This document shows positions 57,214 to 64,000 of a stretch of DNA of 64,000 nucleotides, piece after piece. Under the pieces are notes generated by a model. It was not told where the DNA came from, made no database searches, and saw only the letters and a list, made by a program, of their open reading frames with translations. Position 1 is the stretch's first letter. Each line of letters begins with the position of its first letter. Origin of the DNA: a virus (lineage: Duplodnaviria; Caudoviricetes); the IMG/VR virus record IMGVR_UViG_3300042564_001032, positions 3,788 to 67,787 of that record. The stretch is one strand, 5' to 3'. The position numbers and the translations under genes were made by a program.

Positions 57214-58777
57214 TTTCTTCGGATTTTAATTGTTCTAAATATTCTTCTACATTATCGTCTGCAACCCACACATTCTCATTAATCTCTTTCATATCATCTA
57301 TGTGATAATCCTCTCCGTCATGTTCACATGTTCTAACATTAGATACTAGGCAATAGTCATTAATTGAATCTACATATGTTACATCATCATGACCTTCTGG
57401 ATAAGTATGTCCCTCTACTTCTATGGAGTGTCTTTCTAATATCCTGTATCCGTACCTAGTAACAACAGTTCTATCTATGTGAGTGTGACCGCTGAACGAT
57501 ACAGAATCTGTTGAATAATCTAGATACACAGAGTCATCTTCGTGTATGTTTTCGTCTGCATCATCGTCCCATATTGATCCGCTTTCATCATACGAGCCAT
57601 CGGTACATCTTAAAGTCCTATCGTGAGACTCACATTCATCATTATACAACCTCTTGCCCGATGTGTCTAGGTATGCCATGGTATCCATGTATGGATAGTA
57701 ATCGTATCTAGCCCTAGACAATATAACTTCGGCTGTCCAATCGTTCTGCCTCTTGCCCATGTGCATGTCAAATTGTGAATGATGACATGATTGCTGTGAT
57801 TTGTACCAATACATATTATCGATAGCCCAACTTATGAACATAGGTTGCACTGAGTCGTCAGAGTATATGGTATCCATTGCACGTCTTCCGTTATTGGTAT
57901 GCCATAGCAATGCCCTACCTACAATCTTATTACTAGCATCTTTTGCGATAAGCATTTTGATGTTATCATTATGAACATATATATCGAAATAGTCTCTGCA
58001 TGATTCGTATCTCATACAAGACCCCCATAGGTTACTACCCTTGTTAGCATCTTGACTATAATTTTCTTCGTTATAGTAATCCCTAATTTGCTCTCCATTT
58101 ATTACCTCTAACGTTATGTTCCTACCATTACCTTCCTCGTCACCATTAATTCCTATGTAGGATTTTACTATGTTATTGTACTCCTCGAAATGCCGTTCTA
58201 ATAGTTCAAGAGATTCAGGTAAAATCTTTTTAGCTAATTTGGCTGGTTTCATTTCCTGCCTATTTTGTCTTGACCAATTGCCTTCATCATTTAATACGTG
58301 TTCCTTGCCATTTGGTAGGTAAGATGTCATGCAACCCCGCATTGTGATGTAATTACAAAACAGATTCTTGTCGGAGTTATTTAGCATATATTTTGCTACT
58401 ACACTCCTGTCTTGTATCTCATACAACATCCTACGCATTGACTCACTCATGGTTACTAGATTGTCAAGCCTTATTCGTTCCTGCTCTCGATATACTCTTA
58501 ATCGTTCTTGGCGATCTATCTCTGCCTGCCTCTCTTCCTCTTCTTGTATCCTCTTCTTTTCTGGGTAGTCCCTATCCGACCATTCGTCGTGTAGTCTCAT
58601 CCAATACTCATGACCCTGCGGTGTGTGTGACCAATGCATTGCACCTGTGATAGCATCCGACATATAGTCGAATGTTGCTCCGCTTGCAAAATCACTTTGC
58701 TCTTTAAGGTTTTCAATCGCTTGTGTTCTGTGTGGTTCTGGTAATTCAGAGTACCATTCTAACGCTGTTTTGCTCAT
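57206..58777 (-). CDS. Early phage protein of unknown function (SCM...GRALLW...YPYMDT type)
   Basis: 523 aa, coupled to the peptidase, with acidic C-terminal repeats. Confidence 0.7.
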   Translation of the reverse strand: MSKTALEWYSELPEPHRTQAIENLKEQSDFASGATFDYMSDAITGAMHWSHTPQGHEYWMRLHDEWSDRDYPEKKRIQEEEERQAEIDRQERLRVYREQERIRLDNLVTMSESMRRMLYEIQDRSVVAKYMLNNSDKNLFCNYITMRGCMTSYLPNGKEHVLNDEGNWSRQNRQEMKPAKLAKKILPESLELLERHFEEYNNIVKSYIGINGDEEGNGRNITLEVINGEQIRDYYNEENYSQDANKGSNLWGSCMRYESCRDYFDIYVHNDNIKMLIAKDASNKIVGRALLWHTNNGRRAMDTIYSDDSVQPMFISWAIDNMYWYKSQQSCHHSQFDMHMGKRQNDWTAEVILSRARYDYYPYMDTMAYLDTSGKRLYNDECESHDRTLRCTDGSYDESGSIWDDDADENIHEDDSVYLDYSTDSVSFSGHTHIDRTVVTRYGYRILERHSIEVEGHTYPEGHDDVTYVDSINDYCLVSNVRTCEHDGEDYHIDDMKEINENVWVADDNVEEYLEQLKSEENV

Positions 58778-58788
58778 GTTTATTTGAT

Positions 58789-59136
58789 TTAAGGGTTTAG
58801 GGAATTAACTGATTCATTTATTAATAGATTGTAAGGAATTTGAGGATACACATGATGCTCCCACCACTCCGCACCGTCATACTCTGCTCTATCTAACCAA
58901 ACTCCATTTGTTAGCCACACTACACCAAACAAACCCTGAATACCATATCCATTTTGATATTCAAAATCAAGCCTGGATAAGAAGAAATCAAACTCTTCTT
59001 CGATGTATCCTTTATTTAATTCAATAACTTCGTTATCAAAATTAATGCTAGCGCACAATACTTCTGTGCTATATGCTCTTTTAATTTTGTTAATTATTTC
59101 TAATAATTCTTCTTTTGCATTTATGCAACTTGACAT
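58789..59136 (-). CDS. Hypothetical protein
   Basis: 115 aa with a GYG...GVVW...W..R.EYDG.EWW motif. Confidence 0.65.
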   Translation of the reverse strand: MSSCINAKEELLEIINKIKRAYSTEVLCASINFDNEVIELNKGYIEEEFDFFLSRLDFEYQNGYGIQGLFGVVWLTNGVWLDRAEYDGAEWWEHHVYPQIPYNLLINESVNSLNP

Positions 59137-59256
59137 GGCTTTTTATTTATAGGTTTAGGAATTTGTCTGCGTACCCGCTATCTTTCGAGTGGGCATCTCT
59201 GACTATTACAACTGAAACAGAAACAGAGATAATGATTAGTAGGATTAGCATGATAG

Positions 59257-59472
59257 TTATCTTGCATCACCTATTTTGATTTTCCACGCATTGTTCATGT
59301 AGGTAACTCTATCTGTCAGCATCCAATTAGCATTTGACAGATCAATGTACATGTACCTTTCTGCATACTCATCGACAGAAGACACGTCGTCCATGTCTTC
59401 CCAGCCGATTGGTAATTTGTACTGCGTTACCGTCATTTCTGTGTGGTCCATTACTACTAGATAATACTGCAT
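59257..59472 (-). CDS. Hypothetical protein
   Basis: 71 aa with an AACCAATAAA leader. Confidence 0.55.
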   Translation of the reverse strand: MQYYLVVMDHTEMTVTQYKLPIGWEDMDDVSSVDEYAERYMYIDLSNANWMLTDRVTYMNNAWKIKIGDAR

Positions 59473-59490
59473 GTTTATTGATTTATTGGT

Positions 59491-59691
59491 TTAGAAATAA
59501 AATGATTTTTGTTCCCATCTTCCATTAACTCTTGTCTCTACCGTATAATCCCCACTATATTGCCTATTTTCATAAGCACTAAGCCAAACCCTGGTATCCC
59601 CGTCATCTATCTTTAACTCGTCCCCATCCCATGATTGCTCGATAGTGTCAAGCGTGATTAGTTCTAATTTAGAATACTCTTTCATGTTCAA
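59491..59691 (-). CDS. Hypothetical protein
   Basis: 66 aa. Confidence 0.5.
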   Translation of the reverse strand: MNMKEYSKLELITLDTIEQSWDGDELKIDDGDTRVWLSAYENRQYSGDYTVETRVNGRWEQKSFYF

Positions 59692-59712
59692 TGATTTTGA
59701 TTTAAAAATTGG

Positions 59713-59949
59713 TTAATTGTGTTTCATGCCTTTGCATACTCCATACCCCTGCCTAGCAGCTAACCTATTGATCCTGTTAGCTACGTCCATTGGCACAACT
59801 TGGATAGAGTTGCCTGTCTTATGGTTAGTAATTGGCACACCGCCTACCTTCTGGGTAGTGCTACAGTTTACGCAACTACGATACCCATATTTAGTAAAGC
59901 GTAGTTCGGGCATGGGCCCGCTACACCTGACACATTGGATCGTCTCCAT
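59713..59949 (-). CDS. DksA/TraR-type C4 zinc-finger protein
   Basis: CVRC.GPMPELR......SCVNC matches the C..C...Ip..R.......C..C spacing. Confidence 0.6.
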   Translation of the reverse strand: METIQCVRCSGPMPELRFTKYGYRSCVNCSTTQKVGGVPITNHKTGNSIQVVPMDVANRINRLAARQGYGVCKGMKHN

Positions 59950-59950
59950 A

Positions 59951-60181
59951 CTAAATTTTTGATTCGTAAATTATTTTTTCTAGTCGCCATAATTTATTAG
60001 CCGAATACGCTTTTTGCTCGTACATATAGTGGAACACTTCATCATTCTGCGACTCTATAATTTTGCCGTCAGGATATTTGATTAGATGTGTTGCGTATAT
60101 GTTATAGCATTCGTATTGTGGCTCATCTTCTAATTCTACGTAGACTGGCGGACCCACGTACCTACTATAAAACTCTGTCAT
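59951..60181 (-). CDS. Hypothetical protein
   Basis: 76 aa. Confidence 0.5.
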   Translation of the reverse strand: MTEFYSRYVGPPVYVELEDEPQYECYNIYATHLIKYPDGKIIESQNDEVFHYMYEQKAYSANKLWRLEKIIYESKI

Positions 60182-60371
60182 CTCTTCTTTTTAAGTCCCT
60201 ATAATTTCTGTAATACAATGCTGCTGAAATGTTACCTATCAGCGACACCATACAGAGCAGGCCCAGGTTACCCTTTGTGGCATCTAACACTACCACTAAT
60301 AATAAGATAATTGACATTGTAGTTAAGAACATCAATACTGCGAACAGCAGATTTAGATTTTTTGCACTCAT
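60165..60371 (-). CDS. Small two-TM membrane protein
   Basis: Two hydrophobic segments. Confidence 0.55.
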   Translation of the reverse strand: MSAKNLNLLFAVLMFLTTMSIILLLVVVLDATKGNLGLLCMVSLIGNISAALYYRNYRDLKRRDDRVL

Positions 60372-60482
60372 TTTAATAGTTTTTTGAAGAATGAATAAAT
60401 AAGGCTAATCATTAGGTATCCGTAGATGCCCATAAAGATTAGGAACAGGATCGCCTGGGTATACATTGCCCATGACATTTGA

Positions 60483-60671
60483 CTAGCTGATGGCATAATC
60501 ATTGAATTTAAATTGTGATTGAATTTCTATTAATTTGAACTTTTTCCTAGCTTTATTTTGCGCCTCTGTTTTAGAGTCACCTAATAACACTAACTTTTTA
60601 ACTATTCTGTCATAAACAGAAATGCGTGTGCGGACTCTCGGTCCGTTACTTGAATAGACTTTTGTTGCCAT
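60483..60671 (-). CDS. Small basic early protein
   Basis: 62 aa with an AACC leader. Confidence 0.55.
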   Translation of the reverse strand: MATKVYSSNGPRVRTRISVYDRIVKKLVLLGDSKTEAQNKARKKFKLIEIQSQFKFNDYAIS

Positions 60672-61217
60672 TTGAAAATGTTTAATTGGTTTATGAAATT
60701 GATTCGCTGAAAGGCGGGGGTGCGACCCCCCTTAGCCGAGCTCCTTTCAATGTATAAAATCACGACATGACAATGCCGTGCAGATCTTCGCTATCGCGTA
60801 TGTATGTGATATTAAAATGGCTCGCATGGAGCCGATGATAGTTTTGCTGTGTCTCTATTAGCTATGCACGACATAGGCAGCGGAGACGTACCCGCTTAAT
60901 CTATTTTTGTTTAGTTTATACTCCCGACCCTAAATTGCCCAAAATAGAACGAAAAAGGGAGTTAATGCAATTAATTTAACGCTTTGTGAGTTACACATTG
61001 CAAGGTTTTCAGTATTTCAATGAACTTATTGTTTTAACCTTTGGGGCTTTAATTTTGTAGGCGTTGCGCCCCGAAAATTGCAGCCATTAGCATTGCGCTA
61101 ATTTTGTCCCAAAAATTGCAGCCTACTACAATAATACTTTGTAGGCTATATTTGAGGGCGTGTAAATATTCGATATTTTCGCGCGTCTATTTTCAACGCG
61201 CTAACACGCCCAACGTA

Positions 61218-61607
61218 TTACGCTTTTTTGTAATACCTTGAAATTAGCTGCATAATTAACCACACGCTAAAATTAGGGCGCGCTGCTTCTTTTTCGCTGC
61301 GTAATGGGAGGAGGTTTTTAGGCGTTAAATCTGCCTCGTTGTAGGCTGCGAAGCCCTCTAAAAAGCCTGCATTGAATTGGATAACCCTATTTTTGCAGTA
61401 TGAAAACGACCCCGCGTCTACTTTATGCGCTTTGTTAGTGTCTATTTTCGCGCTTTGGAGGGCTTTTCCTGTGATACCTTCGGCAAGGTAGGTGATTTTG
61501 GGTTTTAACACTTTTTTAACGTTTGACTGTTTTTCAGCCTTCGCGCTTTTTAGGGCTTTTGCTTTGCTTACTTTTGGGGCTGCTGATGTGATTTGCTCGT
61601 TGTTCAT
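61218..61607 (-). CDS. First gene of the leftward (early) arm; K/A-rich basic protein
   Basis: 129 aa; uses GCG/CGC/TCG codons that appear rare elsewhere in the window. Confidence 0.65.
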   Translation of the reverse strand: MNNEQITSAAPKVSKAKALKSAKAEKQSNVKKVLKPKITYLAEGITGKALQSAKIDTNKAHKVDAGSFSYCKNRVIQFNAGFLEGFAAYNEADLTPKNLLPLRSEKEAARPNFSVWLIMQLISRYYKKA

Positions 61608-61975
61608 TTTTTTTAAGTTTTGAGGTTATGTCTTATTGACAATGTAAAAGTAAAAAGCCATTTGTTAAAATGGTGTTATCGAGTAGTTAAACAAATGTTA
61701 AATACCAAAAATTAAAAGTTTGTTCTTTTTGCTAATATATTTAGTATTAGTTTTTTTATTTATATAAGTTAATTGTAATATGTTGTTAGGGGTCGGAGGA
61801 GGTATCCTGCATTTGCAACAACGTTGCATATATTTTTAATTGTAATATATCCGCGTGAAATATGGTAAAAAATTTATATAAGTAAAAATAGTAATATGTT
61901 TGAAAAGTTGAGGCACTCAGTAGCAGGATCCTGGTTTCCCGCCGGATCGTTTTTTTTCCTGGGCTAGGGGTACCC

Positions 61976-62019
61976 TTTTACGACTACACATCTCACATTT
62001 TACGACTACATACCTCCCA
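61976..62019. repeat. Two tandem imperfect 22-bp repeats (iteron-like)
   Basis: TTTTACGACTACACATCTCACA / TTTTACGACTACATACCTCCCA. Confidence 0.75.
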
Positions 62020-62096
62020 TTTTTCTCAACTATACGCATGTCCTATATATCCATATATATATAAATCCTCTACAACTCAATGGTATCAACAAATCG

Positions 62097-62182
62097 TGTT
62101 CACTATTTTGAACAAAATATGCACCATTTGTTCATAAAAATGAACATTTGCAGTAAAATTAATTTGTTCAATAAAATGAACA
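62097..62182. promoter_or_regulatory. Three palindromic operators TGTTCA-N6-TGAACA
   Basis: Located at 62097-62114, 62129-62146 and 62165-62182. Confidence 0.8.
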
Positions 62183-62222
62183 TTGGTATCTTGCATGACC
62201 AATAACAGCCAAAAACAAACCA

Positions 62223-62729
62223 ATGAAACTTAAAGACTATCCAGTTTACAATTACAACCCTTTTAGGGTCAATGGAGATTATTTCAGAAGCATACCCACT
62301 CAGAAGGAGAAAGTCGTTTCCGACACGGGGGAGGTACTCAGGGACGAGAAGGAGTACAAGGTAGCCGATTTGCAGAGCCATGTCCGTATATACGAGGATA
62401 TGTATGATTTACTATTTACTATGAGTCCTGCAGGTGTAATGATACTTGCCAATATCTTTAAACAGATGCCTAAGAATGGAGACTCTGTATTACTCAATGT
62501 ACAGCAGATAGCTAGTGAACTGAACATAGGTAGTAGAAATACTGTTTATAAGGGTATTATAGAGCTTATGGACAAGAAGGTTATAGCTAAGGGTGTAGGT
62601 GCTGATATATACTATATCAACCCTGACTATGTGTACAAGGGTTCAAGGTCTGCGTGGTTTGAGAAGTACAAGGATTTTGATAAATGCAACAACGTTGCAA
62701 CTATAAGAACTTATGTAAATAACAGGTAA
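62223..62729 (+). CDS. RepL-like winged-helix DNA-binding protein
   Basis: IASELNIGSRNTVYKGIIELMDKKVIAK....YYINP.YVYKG matches the RepL-type wHTH pattern. Confidence 0.7.
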   Translation: MKLKDYPVYNYNPFRVNGDYFRSIPTQKEKVVSDTGEVLRDEKEYKVADLQSHVRIYEDMYDLLFTMSPAGVMILANIFKQMPKNGDSVLLNVQQIASELNIGSRNTVYKGIIELMDKKVIAKGVGADIYYINPDYVYKGSRSAWFEKYKDFDKCNNVATIRTYVNNR

Positions 62730-62737
62730 ATTTGCGT

Positions 62738-63358
62738 ATGAAGTATGATATCCCTAAAGAGTTCAGACCTTTTGTAAATAGCGTTAAAAGACAATGCAGG
62801 GATTACAAGGTAGACTTAGTTCTATCTCCCTCACGAAAGGTCGTTGTAACAGATGATTTTGAAACAGAATGTGGCGGGTATTTTGATGGTGATAACAGGG
62901 ACCTAGTGGTTGCCTGTGGTAAGCCATTTGATAAGTGGATAGAAATACTTGTACACGAGTCTTCTCATATGGATCAGTGGAAGAGTGACGATAGATGGGA
63001 TAAGTGGGGTGTGTCATGCAGTAATATGTGGGCGTGGCTATCAAAGGAAAAGATTATGAATAAGACCCAGGTGTCCAAGATGCTAGACGATATGATTGAG
63101 CTAGAGAAGGATTGTGAGATGAGGTCTGTTGAGAAGATAAAGAAGTGGGGATTACCTATCAATATACCCAAGTATATCCAAAGAGCTAATGTATACTTAT
63201 ACAGCTATGGTATGATGAATGACCTTCAGAAGTTCCCAACAGATATATACTCGGATGATAAGCTAGTCGCTATGGCATCAACTACATTCAAGAAAAGCTA
63301 TAAGAAAGTACCAGAAAACATATCAAAGCATATGCTTCGTTTTTATTCAAAAAAGTAA
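62738..63358 (+). CDS. Putative zinc metalloprotease-like protein
   Basis: ILVHESSH (HExxH) plus a downstream E.DCE; ATG lies 3 nt after TAAATTTG (62727-34). Confidence 0.6.
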   Translation: MKYDIPKEFRPFVNSVKRQCRDYKVDLVLSPSRKVVVTDDFETECGGYFDGDNRDLVVACGKPFDKWIEILVHESSHMDQWKSDDRWDKWGVSCSNMWAWLSKEKIMNKTQVSKMLDDMIELEKDCEMRSVEKIKKWGLPINIPKYIQRANVYLYSYGMMNDLQKFPTDIYSDDKLVAMASTTFKKSYKKVPENISKHMLRFYSKK

Positions 63359-63373
63359 CTTATTTTTGTACCT

Positions 63374-63616
63374 ATGAAAAAACTAATAGAACTTTTAAAA
63401 TCCCTTTTCAAAAAGGAAGAAGCACCAGTCGTGCAAGAGATTGACGATATGGAATTATTCAAAACTAAAAAACCTAAAAGAGTGAAAAAACAAATCAAAG
63501 AGTACGGCGGTAAAGAAGTATATGCTTCAAAGGCTGCTAAAGCTGCACACGAAAAGAAAGAAGGCAAGAAAGTAGAAATGGCCGAAAAGAAATCTGTAAA
63601 AACTAAAAAGAAATAA
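63374..63616 (+). CDS. Small lysine-rich protein
   Basis: 80 aa; TATTTTTG at 63361. Confidence 0.6.
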   Translation: MKKLIELLKSLFKKEEAPVVQEIDDMELFKTKKPKRVKKQIKEYGGKEVYASKAAKAAHEKKEGKKVEMAEKKSVKTKKK

Positions 63617-63617
63617 C

Positions 63618-63791
63618 ATGCCACAAATTGTAAAAAAATCAGCACCGGCCGCAAAGGGCGAAATGGGTAAACCAAGTTTAAAAGGAAAGTTTGAAGCGGC
63701 TATGCAAAAACAATTCAAGTCTCGTCCAGAAAATGCTGCAAAAGCTACAAGTGCTCCTAAAGGCGTTATGAAAAAGACCACAAAGTATTAA
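63618..63791 (+). CDS. Small K/A-rich protein (57 aa, not in the ORF track)
   Basis: MPQIVKKSAPAAKGEMGKPSLKGK..., 1 nt after the previous stop. Confidence 0.55.
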   Translation: MPQIVKKSAPAAKGEMGKPSLKGKFEAAMQKQFKSRPENAAKATSAPKGVMKKTTKY

Positions 63792-63792
63792 T

Positions 63793-63927
63793 ATGTCTAA
63801 GATTAAAAAATCAGTGCCTATGAAATTAAGCACTGCTGCTCCGTCTAAGGTTAAGCCTAGTCTTAAAAAACCCTTTTCATTGCCAATGACTGAAAAAGCA
63901 AAGGCTACAAACATAAAAATTAAATAA
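63793..63927 (+). CDS. Small K/P-rich protein (44 aa, not in the ORF track)
   Basis: MSKIKKSVPMKLSTAAPSKVKPSLKKP..., 1 nt after the previous stop. Confidence 0.5.
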   Translation: MSKIKKSVPMKLSTAAPSKVKPSLKKPFSLPMTEKAKATNIKIK

Positions 63928-64000
63928 CATGCAACAACCTCCTAAAAAAGGATTGTTAAGTCCTAAAAGAGTAAATGAAATAGCTGACTCTTTAAACAGA

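Overview
This window holds most of a ~35% GC dsDNA tailed phage genome, probably a podovirus with a Crassvirales-like virion gene order. The host is inferred to be Bacteroidota, because TAnnTTTG -7 promoter elements precede many genes. The + strand (1-41.5 kb) carries terminase (5'-truncated), portal, scaffold, major capsid, tail ring and nozzle proteins, three putative ejection proteins, tail fibres and a lysis module. Between the fibres and the lysis module sits an unexpected ~6-kb cassette of exported proteins: two CsgG-like proteins, a cohesin-dockerin-cohesin protein, a lipoprotein resembling a stand-alone T9SS C-terminal domain, and a linker-tethered outer-membrane beta-barrel. The - strand (41.5-61.6 kb) carries replication and recombination genes (VirE-N primase-helicase, SSB-like, ERF, RecE-like exonuclease; no DNA or RNA polymerase seen), a two-frame C5 methyltransferase, an M28 peptidase and many small early genes. 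A divergent control region at 61.6-62.2 kb precedes a RepL-like wHTH gene with three operators. Non-coding signals include two aberrant tRNA-like RNAs, a promoter-driven kissing-loop sRNA whose loop also matches two internal terminators, and a late 3'UTR that is perfectly antisense to the start regions of two middle genes. All family assignments come from motif recognition by eye; no database searches were run.
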